Shown piece by piece: positions 19,570-34,100 of a DNA stretch of 64,000 nt. The DNA is from Monocercomonoides exilis PA203 (taxonomy: Eukaryota > Protista > Preaxostyla). The position numbers and the translations under genes are program-made. The notes under the pieces are model-generated. The model saw nothing but the letters and a program-made list of their open reading frames with translations. It searched no databases and was not told the origin of the DNA. Position 1 is the stretch's first letter. Every line of letters starts with the position of its first letter. The stretch is taken from the NCBI GenBank assembly GCA_001643675.2, contig LSRY02000012.1, positions 1 through 64,000 of the forward strand. The letters are read 5' to 3'.

Positions 19570-22450
19570 CTATGAATTTGCAAACATATCTGAAGTCAAT
19601 TTTCCTTCTTCCTTCATTTTTTTGAAAAGTTCTGCCGCCTTTGCAATATCCCAGCCAACTGCAGAAAGACAATTCCAAGCAGACTGAGCAGTAAAATTTG
19701 TACTCTGCATCACTTGCTGCATCATATTTGTTTGCTGCTAAAAAGCAAATCAAAAAGAAATGATAATAAGAAACTTTGTCAATAAAAAATGACAAACATC
19801 TGACAATGAATTAAATGCAGGATTCGAAGGTGGAAGTGGATTTGAGGATGAAGGCTGAGATGCAAATAAAGACGAAGAAGAAGCATTTTGAAAAGAAGCA
19901 CCTGATAAATTAGAAAAAGGAAAATTACTAGAAAATGATGGAGAAGGTGAGCAAGGAGGAACACTTGATTGAAGTGAAGAATCTGATTTTCCATAAACAG
20001 AAGTGGTTGTGCTTGGCTGCATTTGTGAACCAAAATGTAATGGTGAGGTTGACATTAGAGAACTATCAGATATTTGTTCTGATGCTTGTTGGATGCTTGA
20101 TTTTCTCTTTGCATTCAGCAGGTCTTTTTCGGAATGTTTCAAAGAAGAAGAGAATAAAAATGGATAAACATGAAAGTGATCAGATAATATTCTGAATTGA
20201 AGTGTGCTTTCTGGCAAAGTCGAAGAAGGCAACGAAGGTGCAAACGCAGTTGAAGATAAATTTGAACTTGATTCAGCATTGCTTGATGAAGTTGAAGAAA
20301 ATGCTGGATTTTGCAGAAGACATAAAGTGCGTACGAATCCTCGTGAAGTGCCATGTCTAATTTCTCTGAACCGTCCCGTGGTTGTCACAACGAATATGTT
20401 CTCAAATGAAGTGAATGAAGAAGGAGCAGCAGAAGCGACAGACGGAGAAACAGGGAGCATCGTCTTGACAACATCAATTGAAAAGACGACGGTGTCTGAC
20501 AGGAAAAGCGAGCCTAAAAACGCAACAATTGCGGATCTGCCAACTTTCAACAATGAAATGCGAGAAGAAAGATTGTCTGTCATCAGAAGATTCCGACTGG
20601 ACTGAATTAGATTCGAATGAAATTCATCCGTCGGAGGCACAACGTTGTAAATGGGAGAGCAGTAAAATGAGAGTGTTGTCGGTGCTGCTGTGATGAGAGG
20701 AGTAGCGATTGAAGTGCTTGGCACAGAGCTCGAAGAGGGGAATGATGATGTTGATGAATCAGAGGAGAAAACAGGAGAAGTAGAAATCGGTGGAATTGTG
20801 GAAGCAGAAATGGAAGAAGAAGAAGAAGCCAAAAATGGCATCTCAAGACTGTTTGTTGTGAGCGAAAATGTTGATTCGTCAGTGTAGAAATCAAAGAGTC
20901 GTCCTCTATTTCCATCAAAAGAAGCGAAAAAACGCTGGAGAAACGATGAAATGTTGATGGAAGATAAATCAGAAGGAAAAAATGTTGCTCGTGGAAATGG
21001 AAGCGAACGAGATTGAGTTTTTTGCTGTTATGTCATCGTTGAGGCAACAAAACGCCAATAAAACGGTTAAGTGCAGTAATTATCAAATATGTATACAAGA
21101 TGTAATATTACAGTAAAAAAATAAGGAAGGAAAGAAAAAAAGAGAGATTATTCGAAAATTCAACAAATGTTAAAGATACCATTGAAAAAGAATACGAGGG
21201 CAGTTTGATTGAGTCCAGTGTTGTTAAACTCGGAAAGTATCCTTTGACGGATGATCTATACAAAATCTCATTTCCAAAACTTGAGCAAAACGGATTTCCT
21301 CTTAAAATAAGTGTGCTTAATGCACATTCCTTCAGATTTTCTAGTTCTTTTACAGACTCTGAAATAAAGAAAAAATCAAAATAATAATTAAGAAGTATTA
21401 CGAGCCAAATAGAAGAATACCTAAAAGATTATCTTCAAGCGAAAGCGAAGTCAGAGAAGGAGTAATTTTGTGGAGGGAATGAAAAAGACTTAGTGATGTC
21501 AAAGCATTATCTGAAAGATCTATAAAAGAAACTTGATGACAGGTTACTCTGATTGCAGACAAGAGAAGAGCAACAGAAGGAGCAGATGAAAAATCAACAT
21601 ATCCTGCTGCGCCAGTTTCTTCTCCATATTCATCAGCAGCAGCTCGCATCATTGAAGCAGCAATGACAGACGACTCCTCAATCCCTTTTGCAACTTGTGA
21701 CAGATTTAACGAATTGTTCCTGGCATCAAATCTACTCTTCACCAATCCTATCATCTTTTGAGCTGCGGAAGAAGTCAGGTCAATAAAAGTTGTATCTTGT
21801 CGCACTCGTAAAAGTAGTTCATCTCCCATGATAATTCCATTGAGTTTCATTAATGCTTTAACTTCATCTAGAGTTGCAACTGTAAAAAAAGCCTGCGTTT
21901 CAGTTTTTCGAAACTAACGAAAAGGAAAAATTAACAAGCACAAATCATTAAATAAACATAGCAATACATCAATAGGATTTATGTTTGAATGACAATTCAT
22001 CTTTATAAACTGAACAAGGGCGGAAGCTGACATATCACTTCTAAATCCATCAACCTGAAAAGAAATAAAATGATGTAAATTAACATCTTTACGAAACTTA
22101 AATTTTATTTTCATACGATAATTCTTGTTAACCTACGCTGCTCTTTTCTTGAAGTTTTCTCATTTTTCTGAGTTTTAGTTAACTTCGCATTTCCCAGCGG
22201 ATTGAATTTATTGTTGCTAAATAATAATAGAATTGATAGAGAAAACCATTGTGAAACGTTTTTTATTATAATATCAATATATAAAAAAAGCAGACAATTT
22301 AATTCTTGAAGAATCAATATCATCTTCATCTTCCGTCCATTTTCCTCTCTTTCCTTTCCTATAAATATTAATTCAAAAATATACATTATTATCCCTGCAA
22401 AAATTAAGAATTAATAATTTGTTAGACCTTTTTGAGGTTTTACGGCTCAT
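19570..22450 (-). CDS. NXF1: Nuclear mRNA export factor NXF1/TAP/Mex67 (multi-exon)
   Basis: RRM-like piece; LRR (RFDARNNSLNLSQ, IDLSDNALTSL, LSLEDNLL, LILRGNPFC...FPSLTTLD); NTF2-like (FLQRFFASFDGNRGRLFDFYTDESTFSLT...GRFRE...FVRT...ILSDHFHV); TAP-C/UBA (NFTAQSAWNCLSAVGWDIAKAAELF). Start codon tentative. Confidence 0.85.
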
Positions 22451-22546
22451 TCTAAAATTTCTTTCCCTTTTATACAAATAATGGTTGGAATTTTTTATTT
22501 TTTTCTTGTTTTGCTTTTTTGAAATGAAATGTTATTCGAAGTGTTT

Positions 22547-24357
22547 TTAATCAGTGAAGTCAAATGAAGATAAAGGATTATGCCATAATGTCACAAGTGA
22601 ATGTGAAGAAGTTGTATTGGATATATCAGGTGATGTGGACTGTTGATCATCATAATCATCGCTGCTTTCCGCTTCACTAGAAAATTCATCGTCTAATGAA
22701 TCACCAGATTGTGCGAGTTTCTTTTTATCAACTTTCTTCTTATCGTCTTGAATAATTAAGGAGTTTGGTGCAGTTTTGCCAAATTCCTTTTGAGTGCATT
22801 CTTCCATTTTTTCTGATTTCTCAATTTCTGTTTGCGTCCATCGACGCATATGCGGAATATATGCATCAAGCTGCGGAGGCCTTTCAAATAAAGACGGTGC
22901 TTCAAAATGCTCAACTGGTGTTTCTTTTGAAATATTAGTTGAAGAAGCAACGATAACAGCCTAAAGCATCAATAATTTTTGAGAAAATTATTTAAAGTCA
23001 AAAAAAAAATTATATTAATATAAATTGTGAAGAAAATGTATTTATTATATTCAAACCTCCTTTGCATTTATCGTTAAGAATGAAGATACATCCCAAAGAG
23101 ATAAATCGGTCGTAAATGTTGTAAAAGTCTGTGCTAAGCGAGCGACATCTACATTCCAATGAGAACATAATGTCTATTCACATGAAAAGATCGATGCAAT
23201 AGAATAATTTAAGCATATTTCGTAATTTTTATTTAAAAAAAATTTAAAGAAAAAAAAAATATTTGATTTTTAGAAAACTGCAAATTTTTAATACAACAAA
23301 CCGAAACTTCCCAAAGAGATGTGTTTTCTGCATTTGTCTTCATTGGATCCTTTTCTGTCATATCCATAATAGCGGATGCCCTCTTCATTCTTTTCGTCTT
23401 GTCGTCTCCAGATGAAGATTCGCTTGCTTTTTGGTTAAATTTTCCAATGCCAATCATTTTTCTTAATGGAGGGTGGCGAACCAACACATTATGAATAACT
23501 GCTAAACATCCGCAGCAAACAACAGAAGGAGCTGTAAGAGCTAAATTACCAATTCGACGTGCAAAACTCGCTGCTATAGACGATGGAAGAAGAGGTGAAG
23601 ACAAAAACATATCCAATTGACGAAGTAGCCTCTGGGCATAGCTCGTATGAAGAATAAAAGGAGTTTCAAGCAATGAATAAAGAAGTTGATAGAACTCTGG
23701 ATATTCTGCCCCGTGGTTTATCATCAAATACGACATTCCTCCCAGAGCAAGTAATGCATTCAATCCGCCCAACAAAGTGCATCTTTTCAAAAAATCAAAG
23801 AAAAGAAGCGGAGATTTAACGGTAGGCAATATAAATGTTTCCATGGAAAGCAATGTTTGTCTTAAGACATCTGGTGGAAGATCGCACTGTGTTAATGAAG
23901 TCCATCCTTTCGTGAAAAGCGAAACAAATTCAGAACGCCGCTTAATCAAAGTTTTTTGAGATTTATCATCTGAAGCAACCAAATAAAAGCAGTTAACATT
24001 AATTTCCTTTGGTATTCTAAGCTGTAAAAGTAACAAAAGGGCTGTTCTAAGTGTATTTTCTCGAGAAGCACCGGTTGTTTTCTTTTTTGTGGCTGCTGAA
24101 GAAAATTGCCCAGAAGCCAAAGATGAAAGTTTCTGTGCCAATACAAGATATGAATAATAAGTTATATCTTGATATGATGAATACTTAGCAAATTGCTTTA
24201 AATCAGAAACAGAAAATGATCCTTCATCAAGAATTTCATTGAGAAGCTCATTCAAAAGACTAAGTGCCCGATCTAAATCTCCGCGTTGAGAAATATCCCG
24301 TATATTTTCAAATGATAATTGAAAATTAGATGTCGAAACAGTCCCTGGCGAGCTCAT
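22547..24357 (-). CDS. NOC4: Nucleolar complex protein 4 (CBF/Mak21 domain), multi-exon
   Basis: LLALGGMSYLMINHGAEYPEFYQLLYSLL, LDMFLSSPLLPSSIAASFARRIGNLALTAP, HNVLVRHP, DPMKTNAENTSLWE. Confidence 0.85.
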
Positions 24358-24495
24358 TTTTGAAATAAATAATGAATGTTGGTTACAAAAGATCATATTT
24401 GATCATTTTAAAAAAAATAAATATAATCTTTTTAGAAAAAAAAAATAAAAACGAGAAGTAATATAGGCGTGAATTGGAACGTGAAGTGCTTTCTT

Positions 24496-27400
24496 TCAGT
24501 CTAAAATCCTTGCAGAACCAATTGCTAATCCCTCTTTTTCAAGAGTCATTTCCAGCTTGGTTAGATCGTAAGGAATCTTCTGCTTGCTTTCTGAAAGTTT
24601 CTTTTTAAGGGGCGCAACTAATTCAGCGTCTTCTTCTGGTGAAATGAAAGTGAAAGCACGACCTTTGCGACCAGCACGACCTGTTCTTCCGATTCTGTGC
24701 ACATACTCGTTGATATCCTTTGGAGCATCGTAGTTAATCACTGCTGTCACGCCATGCACATCAATACCACGAGCAGCCACATCTGTCGCTATCAGCACAT
24801 CCTTTCGTCGCTGCTTGAAATCGTCCATTGCCCATTCTCTTTCAGACTGATTCTTTCCTCCATGAATCGTCGCACATCTCAGTCGGTGAGTCACAGCATG
24901 GATGTGGTCAGCCAGCACATCGCAGTTCGCACGCTGGTTCATGAAAATGATGATTGGCGGTGACAAATCAGCCAGCAGGGAATCAAGGCGCTCTCTCTTC
25001 TCCTTCTCTGTCGTCAGCACATACACCTCCTGTGCAATGTTATCTGCCACGTCTCCTGCTTCTCCGATGGTGACAGTTAGCGAAGTGTTCATATGTTCTC
25101 TCGCAATCCGCTCGATTTCTGGTTCCATCGTCGCAGAGAACATGAAAGTCTGCCGAAAGAGAGGAAGCGACGAATGCTTCGGATGAGACTGTCTCAAACT
25201 TCGTCGAAGAACCTTTACGATTGATGAAGATGTTGCACTGTCGCCATCTTTTGTATTTTCGTCTGATGAATCGTGATCGAGTTCATCGTCATCATCTTCG
25301 CTTTCTTCATCGTTCAGTGAAACTGAAGAACTTGAAGATGCTTGCGATGAAGAAGACTGCTTTTGGTTCTTTTTCACCTGCCCCCTTCGCCATACATCAG
25401 ACGATTCCTTGATTGTTCTCTCGCTCTGAGCAGGTATTGCTGCGAAAATGGTGTTGATGTCTTCTTCGAATCCCTGATCCACCATAAGATCTGCCTCATC
25501 CAGCACAACGAATGAGCAGCGGGTCAAGACAAGATACCGAGCGTCCAGAAGATCTTTGATTCTTCCTGTTGTTCCCACAAGCACATCCACACCTCTGCTC
25601 AGCACGTGCCGCTGCTCCTCCAGCTCTTGTCCTCCCACCACCGCCATGTACTTCAGCCCTCGAACGTATCTTCCCAGCAGCCCGAGTGATTCGTCTGTTT
25701 GCTGCACCAACTCTTTCGTCGGTGCCAAAATCAGCGCATACGGCCCAAGCGACGGATCGTGCTTGGCTGCTCGGGGAAGCATGCCGACAAGAGCCAGAAG
25801 AGGCAAGAGAAACGCAGCTGTTTTTCCTGAGCCTGTCTTTGCCAAGCCAATCAGATCGCGCCGTGCAAGCCCAATTGGAATGCAGCACATCTGAATTGGT
25901 GTGGGCTTCTGATAGTTGGCTTCGGTGACAGCCTTCAAAAGCGATGAAGGAAGGTTGCTCTCGCTCCAACTGCGCATTGGTCTGACAGGCGCAAATCCTT
26001 TCACAGAAATCTGATAATCTTCACAGAAAATCCTCCAGTCTCTGTCTGTCATTTCCTCCAGTGATTTTTCTCGCCAGCTTCGCACATCAACACCGCGTCC
26101 ATATTGCGCCTCGCTTTGTTCTTTCTGTCGCTGCCTTATTAGCAAGGCAGCTTGCAACTGCTCTGCCAATGCTTCTTTTTCCTTAAAAAATGAATAAATG
26201 TCATCCAGTTCAAGATGCAAACGAAGAAATGATCACAAAAAAATATATTTATAATTCAAATAATTTTGATGAGTCGAAACAGAAAAAGAAACATGGTCAA
26301 TCATCCATACCTCGTCATTCAATGCATCCTCATCCATTCCCTCAGCATGTTCATCTGATAAATTCCTTTTAGACGATATGTCTGTCTCAGGTGTTGTGTC
26401 TGTTGGTTCGCTTATTTTCATTCTTTTTGTCACCTCGTTTTCATCAACATCCACTTCATCCTTTTCGTCTGCTTCCATTCTTTCTCTTCTGCTTTCTCTT
26501 TCTCTTTGTTTTGTGTCGTCGCGCTCTGTTCTTCCCTTTCCTTTTCTTGCTCTTGAATCGCTCTCATCACTTCGTGAACTGCTTCTTTCATTTCTTCTTT
26601 TAAAATGTCTGTCTGACTCACTTTCACTGCTGCTTTCACTTCGATGTCTATCCTTTCTCCTTCTGCTTTTTTCATCTCTCCTTTTATGTCTTCCATCATC
26701 TCTATCTCTTCTTCTCTCTTTCTCTCGATCTCTTTCTCTTTCTCTATCTCTATCTCTATCCCTATCCCTATCTCTATCTCTTTCTCTTTCTCTTTCTCTA
26801 TTTCTTTCTCTATCTCGTTCTCGTTCTCGTTCTCTATCCCTATCACGTTCTTTTTCTGGATCTTTACTTTTTTCTTTTAATTCTTCTCTTCCTTTTTTTT
26901 GCTTTGAAAGATCAGCATCAATTGTATTTTCATCTGCTTTTTCCTTAGAATCTCTTCTGATCTCAGTTTCTTTTTTGCTTCCTTTCGCTTCTTCCATCTT
27001 CGGGAAAGTATTAATTGTTTGTTCTCCCATCAATCGTTTTTGCAATAATGTGTCGTAAAAGGAATATTGCTCCGATTGTCTTTGTTCAGTTCTATCAATT
27101 CCTCCTTTCATTCCTCTACCAAAAAGAACTGCCGGCTCAAATCGTTCTTTAAATCTAAAAAGAAACAAAATAATTCAACAAATGTAACATTTGTAATGTT
27201 GAAAATCATACAGTTCATTTGTTTCTGTTGAAGTATCATCTGTTTCCCTCCAATCAAAAAGTAGTTTATAACGATCAGATGGTTTTACGTATCTTGATTT
27301 CTGTTTATCAAGCTGAAGATAATGCCTCTATGTATTATATCAAATAATGAAATGGGTTTGTATTTTTTTTTTAATTATTCGAAAAAATACAAACACGTAT

Positions 27401-27834
27401 GGCATCAAATTCATTCAATGGCTCTTCAGGTTCTTCTGAATCTGGAACTCTTTTGCAAATTCAAAAATTCAAAATAGTAAAGTAGTTAAAATCGGATATT
27501 AGAAAAATTATTGCACACTTAAAAGAGGAAGATGATTTTTCTTCTTTTGCAGTATTGCGCTTTTCAGTATCTTCCTTAGCTAATTTTTTTACAAATAAAA
27601 ATATCAAACACATCTTATAAAATAAAATAATAACGTTTAGATATCGGCTGTTCGAGCCAAGCTTTGTGAGAATCCTCCAATTGCTTTTGAAGTTTTTGTC
27701 GTTCTTTTTGTTCCTCCTCGGCACGTAATTTGGCTAATCGTTCTCGTTCTGCTTTGGGAATAAAACGCACTTGAGACTATTTACAAAAGTCAAATAAAAT
27801 ATTTATCATATATCAAAATCTTAGCACAAACCAT
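24496..27834 (-). CDS. DDX23: DEAD-box splicing helicase Prp28/DDX23 (multi-exon, ATG-only first exon)
   Basis: RFIPKAERER, LFGRG..GGID, WREKSLEEMTDRDWRIFCEDYQI, AKTGSGKT, DEAD, SAT, HRIGRTGRAG, plus an RD/RE dipeptide tract. Confidence 0.92.
26700..26850. repeat. Coding microsatellite (RD/RE dipeptide repeats) in DDX23
   Basis: tctcta/tctctt/tctcgt hexamer runs encoding RDRERERE. Confidence 0.85.
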
Positions 27835-28178
27835 TGAATCGAATTTATTAAGGGAAATGAAATAAACACAGAATTATTGTGAACAAATCATTTACAAGAT
27901 TTTCCTTAAGTTGATTTGGGAGATTCGAGTTATCATTTCAAATATTAATAAATAATTACCAAGAAAATTTTAAGATGATTATTAAAGTCAAAAACAAACT
28001 CAATAATATTCTTGTATATATAGAAAAAATAAACTTTCATCATTTAAAATTGAAAGCACTTTTGAAACAAATGTTCAAGAAATCTTATTTCAGGCGAAAA
28101 CAATTCGTGAATAAATAAAAAATCAATTGGTTTGGATCACCTCGTTTTATTTTTATTGATTTTTGTTAATTTTTTAAA

Positions 28179-31100
28179 ATGTCAACTGAAGTTTGTGTTT
28201 TGTAAATTCTTTTTATTTTTTATTTGACAAACGTTTAGCAATTATTTTATCCAGATTCTCATGAATCAATAGATAATGCAATGTTTCAATCATTGTTCAA
28301 TCTTGATGCATCGATAGAATCAATATGCGAGCATACAATGACGTCAGATGAATGCTCATTTGGAATGGATCATCACTTTTTAAAAACTGAAGGAGAACAC
28401 TTGGATAATGATTTTCTCTTTCCAATACTTTCTGATCCGGAAGAACTTTCATTATCAAAAGCTTTTCCTCGTGAAATGCTTGTATGCTATTCACATTATA
28501 ATTATTTATAAAATATTTATTACAGGAGCAAACAGTTCAAGCTGTCCAATCTTCAATTACCCAGAAGCACAAAGTGTTAACAAACCAGAGAGTCTTATCA
28601 ACTTCTAGTAATTCTGAATATGGAGGAACAAGGATAGCAGAAGGCGAACATATGTTCATGCCCCGATTTTCTCTTGGTTTGTTTTTAAAAATTTTGGAAA
28701 TTTTAACACCATTAATTGTCTGTATAGTTAATTCATCTGTTCCTGATAAGGATATTGTTGCATTGATTGATTACATTCAAAAAGGCGACTCAACACCTTT
28801 CGAGCAAGCAATTCAAAAATCTTCTGCTACAAAAAGACGATCTGTTTCTCCATCTCCTCAAGTAGAATATCAAGAAAATGAAAAACGTATTGAAAAGCAA
28901 GTACCTTCTATTCTCATAGACTCATCTCCTTCGAGCAATCAGCAAAGCATATCCGATTCCGAGAATATGCAATCTGTGGAAGAGCTAACTGAGCAACGAA
29001 AAGATGATTCTGCACAACAGAATGACGAAATTCGACCACCCTCACCGGAATTTATGCCACTTCCTCTCAAACTCATACCTCCAAAAACGACGAAAAAGAC
29101 AACTGAAAATGATGCAAAACAAGAAACAGAAAATGTTAGCAAATTCGAACATCAAAAAGTTAATTTAGCAGTGAAGGCTGATTTTCCTTCTCTCCAACAA
29201 TCATCTCGGAAGATGTCTCGTTCGCCTCCGCCTCGCAAGCAATCGCGATCTCCTCCGCCGCAGGCACAGGAGATGACTCAGTCACCGCAAGAGAAACAGC
29301 AAGCATCACTTTCCCCTCGTCGCACATCCACTTCACCTCCGCCTCTTCCTTCAGAAAAACTGAAACAAAAAGGAGCTGTCTCGTTGAATGATGTTGTCTT
29401 TTCCTCGAAGAAGCCGTCATCTTCCAGCTCTTTTCGATACATTCCACAAAACAAAGCAAAAAAGCAGGAAAATTCAGATAAGCAGCCGCTGTCTCCGCTT
29501 GTTATGATGCCTCTTCCGCTGAATTCTCCTGATTCAGCCGCATCATCCATGTCATCTAAATCAATGGCTGCAGAAGAGAAGAAACCGAAACGGAACACTT
29601 GGAAAAAAGAACGAACCGGAAAGCAGACTGAAAAAGGCGCTGACTTCAAAAATCTGAATTCGACTGCCTCTGAATCCTCACCAAATGATAATGAACGCTC
29701 AATGAACTCACTTCTGCCAGATCCAACCTCTTCTGCTGCCTCAGCTGCACATGTCTCTCAGCCAAGCACGTCCACACTGGCATTGTCACAACATGCTGCT
29801 TTCCCTCCTCCACCTTCAATTATTGCCAGGCAAACATCAAAGGCCTCTTCACCTTCTAATTCCACTAGCAGTCCAAATACTCCACAAGCACAGTCTTCTG
29901 ATTATCTATTGCCAACTCCATCTACAACTTCATCATCATCTCCTTCTTCTTCGCATTCTTCTTCTCCTTCTTCTTCTTCGTCTACGTCTTCGTCTTCAGC
30001 TAAAGTCCATTTGCCGGTGTCGTATCTGTTTCGTCCTTATCTGCCGATGCGTGGGCTGATTTCCTCAAACGATGAATCGACATCTCAGTCAGGAAAAGAA
30101 GACAAAAACAGCCCAAACGAGGCGAAGCTGCTGGATGAGCTGTTTGGAGCAGATGTGTTGGAGCAAAAGAAGAAGCAGGAGAGGCAGAAGGCCAGCCAGC
30201 TGATGGGAGAAGAAGACGCCGAATTTGACGAACTCGACGAAAAGGATGTTCCGAACGATGTGCAGCAGAAGGAGCAGCAGAGGTGCCTCTATTTGACACA
30301 TCGCGTGTGGCTGACGGCAGCTGAAAAGAAGAGGCTGAAAAAGAAGATGGACAACTTCGAAAAAACGGAGCTGCGGAAAAACACGAAAAAGTCGAAAACC
30401 CACCACAAAGACACAGAAAGTGCTGGGATGTTCAAATTGGCTCCGTTTCTGCTTGACAACAGAAGAGGCAGCATCGGCACGGTAGACAGAAAATACCTTG
30501 TCAAACGAGAGAAAACGCTCGTTTCGATGGCGGCTGAAGATAAGCTGGTGTCTCTTCCGGCTGTTCTGCAGAATCCAGCGCTGTTCAGCTGCAACGACGA
30601 TGCTGTTGGAGTGAAAGGAGTTGGGAAGGAGATTGAGTTGGCACAGCAGACAGCAGCAGCGCTTTCAAAGAAAGCAAACACTTATTCAAAAAAGGGAAAG
30701 CAAGACTGCAAAAGCGATGGATTCGAATTGAGCGAAGATGAATCAGAAAATGTGGGAATGAAACTGTTGGATATGCTTGTGAAGAAAGCAGCTGATAAAC
30801 CAGATGACAAACAAACACCTCAAAAAGTGCAGTCAAAATCAAATAAGCCGAAAAAGCAACAGTCGGAAGGAGAACAAGAGGGAAAAGAAGAAGACAACGA
30901 TGAGTCATCCACAACATCATCTTCAGAGGAGACAGATGAGTTGAGCAAAGATGCAGAAGATGAAGACAACCAAAACGAACTGAGCCAAAATGATGAAGAA
31001 TTATACAATGCGAAGGAAGAGAGCGAGCTGACGACAGCAGAAATTTACAGCCGCTTCTATCGAGGACTGTTTGGGACAGAAGAAAAGAGAGACAGACATT

Positions 31101-34100
31101 TTGAGGAGCAGAGAGAAAGGAAGCTGAGAGAAGAGATGGCACAAACACTGGCAAAGGAAAGGAGCAGGAACGGCTTTGGAAAGAAGAGCAAGGGCGATCA
31201 ATCTTCATTGAACCAGCCATTACAAAAACCAGCCAAAAAAGAGAGATTGCCGAAGAAGCCAAAGAACAAGACACAATATTCGCAAGATGGCGCCATTGTG
31301 CTTGTAAATACGGAAGAGACGAATGAAAACGAGGAGAAAGACGAAAAGGAAGAAAAGGAAGAAAATGAATTACAACAAAAGGAAGAAGAGCAGATAAAAA
31401 AGGAAAAAGAAGAAGAAGCAAAAGAAAATGTTATAAAACTTACTCCTTCAAAAGATCTGAATAACGAAGAAGAAGAAGAAGAGAGGAAGAAGAAAGCAAA
31501 AGAGAAGCAAGCACTCAAAGAAAAGAAGGAAGCCTTGAAAAAGAAGAAAGAAGAAGAAGAAGCAAAGCAAAAGCAGTCAATTGAAGTCAAAACAGACAAA
31601 CTTCTTTCTGATTGCGCCTCTTCTGCAATGTCATCTGCTGAGCATCCAGTTGGCGTGTCTGATGAAGACCTTCTCTTCCTTTCTGATTCACTTGCGACTT
31701 CTCTCTCTCTCGTTCCTCCGCACCCCATCGACGCAATTACTCAGCCAAACTTGTCTCAAGTCAAGGCAGACAGCCAGCAACAGATGGCACTTCAGCCATT
31801 TAATGACATACACAATAAGACGAAAGATCCCGAGGACTGGATCAAAATGATGCTGTTTGATGATTCTGCTTCAGGTGGAAACATTTCTCTTGGATTGCCT
31901 CAGCCATCCCCTCTCACAGACAACCATTTCCTTTCTCCATTCACACACAGCGGCGCACTCATTCCTTTCTCTCTCCATCCTGTTCTTTCGACGCTCCTCT
32001 CTTCTTCTGCCACGGCTTCTCTCTCTGCTGCGCCTGGCGACATCTCAAATTCTGTTTTGCAGTACGCTTTTCTGGATGAGACGGAGACTCAAAACACGTT
32101 TGCCCAGCAGCTGCCTCATCCAGCCATTGTCTTTCCCTTTCAGCTCGACCCGTTTCAGCAGCGTGCCATTTTGCACATCGAAAGAGGAGATGCCTTTGTG
32201 TTTGTGGATGCACACACATCAGCTGGGAAGTCGGTTGTGGCTGAATATGCCATTGCTGTCTCTCTGAAGAACAAGACGCGTGCTATCTACACGTCCCCCA
32301 TCAAAACGCTGTCCAATCAGAAGTTCCGCGACCTTCGTCAGACGTTTGGCAACGACGAAGTGGGCATTTTGACAGGCGATGTTTGTATCAACCCCAAAGC
32401 CAACATTCTGGTGATGACAACGGAGATTCTGCGTACAATGCTGTATTCAGGCTCAGAGACACTGACAGATGCCGAGTGGATTATCTTTGATGAGGTGCAC
32501 TACATCAACGACTTTGAGCGTGGTGTCGTGTGGGAAGAGTGTATCATTATGCTTCCTCCCTCTGTTAAAGCTGTGTTCCTCTCAGCAACTGTGCCAAATG
32601 CCATGGAGTTTGCTGAGTGGGTTGGAAGAACAAAGAAAAAGCCTGTTGCTGTTATCCGAACGGACTTCAGGCCTGTTCCTCTCACTCATTTTGCTTATCC
32701 TGGAAGCGGAGACAAGCTGTATTTGGTGATGGACCAGAACAAAAGATTCTTCGGCGCAAACTTCCAGACAGCTGTTGCACAGGCATCGAAGAATGGAGGA
32801 GGCGGAGGCGGAGGTGGTGGTGGAGGCAGAGGAGGAGGAAGAGGTTCTTCTGCTTCTCCTGCCTTTTCATCACCCTATTCGCCTGCAAACAAAGGAGGCG
32901 GGAGGGATTCTCCTTCATCTTCTCAAAGTAAATCGAATAGAAAAGGTGGAAATTCCAGTAAATTCTTTTCAAAATTTGCGAATGCTTCCCAACAAAACTT
33001 TCAGCTAAAACGTGAATGGAAGCCGTTGGTTGAACTTCTGCACAAAAACAACCTTCTTCCTGCGATTGCATTTGTGTTTTCCAAACAGGGCTGCACAGAT
33101 TCAGGAATGGCACTGATGAGCGAGATGGATCTAACGACCCCGAAGGAGAAGGAGCTGATTGAGTATTCATACAAGACGAATGTGCTAGACGGGATGACAG
33201 ATGCAGAGAAGGAGATCGAACAGGTGGTGATGATGGAGGAGTTTCTCAAGAGAGGCATCGGGGTGCATCATGCTGGTATCCTTCCTGTCGTGAAGGAGTG
33301 TGTGGAGCTCCTCTTTGCTTCTGGGCACGTGAAGATCCTGTTTGCAACAGAGACACTCGCAATGGGCGTTAACCTCCCAGCACGCTGTGTGATCTTCCGT
33401 TCGGTGAAGAAGTTTGATTCGAAGCAGATGAGGTATCTGCGCCCAGGAGAGTACACGCAGATGTCTGGAAGAGCAGGGAGAAGAGGAATCGACAAGGTTG
33501 GCACAGTCATCATCAACATGTTTAAAGACTCGTCGATGGATCAGCAGTCGATGGAGGAGATTATGAAAGGCGCAGCAACACGTCTTCAGTCAAAGTTCCA
33601 TCTCTCATTCAGAATGGCACTGAATGCGATGCGGTCGAGCTCAGCCACTTTTGAAGAAGGAGAACTTGAGAAGGAAGAGGAAGAGGATCGAAAGCAGAAA
33701 GAAATGAGACGAATGATGCGATTAGAAGCAAAGCGAGAAGAAAGAAGATTGCTTAAGGCAAAAAGAGAGGAAGCACGGGAACTGGAAAGAAAGAAAAAGG
33801 AGGAAGAAGCAAAGAGCAAAGAGGACAAACACACAAATGAAGATAAGGACGAAAAGGAAGACGATGAAAAAACAAAAGATGACAAAGAAGAAGAATTGTC
33901 TGATGATGACATAGACACAGAAAACATATCTGAAGAGCTGTCGCAAGATGAAGACGAGGAGGCGCAGAAGTACAAGCATATTGCAAAAATCATCAAGAAA
34001 TCGTTTGTGGAGTTCCATTCAAACGAAGCACGGCCATTTCTCGAAGAGAAGCTGAACGGAATGAAGCAAAAACTTCGTTCGCTGCCATTTCCTGTTTGCT

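Noticed and set aside
26378-27058. 226-aa + strand ORF of SL repeats
   Set aside because: Antisense shadow of the RD/RE tract of DDX23.
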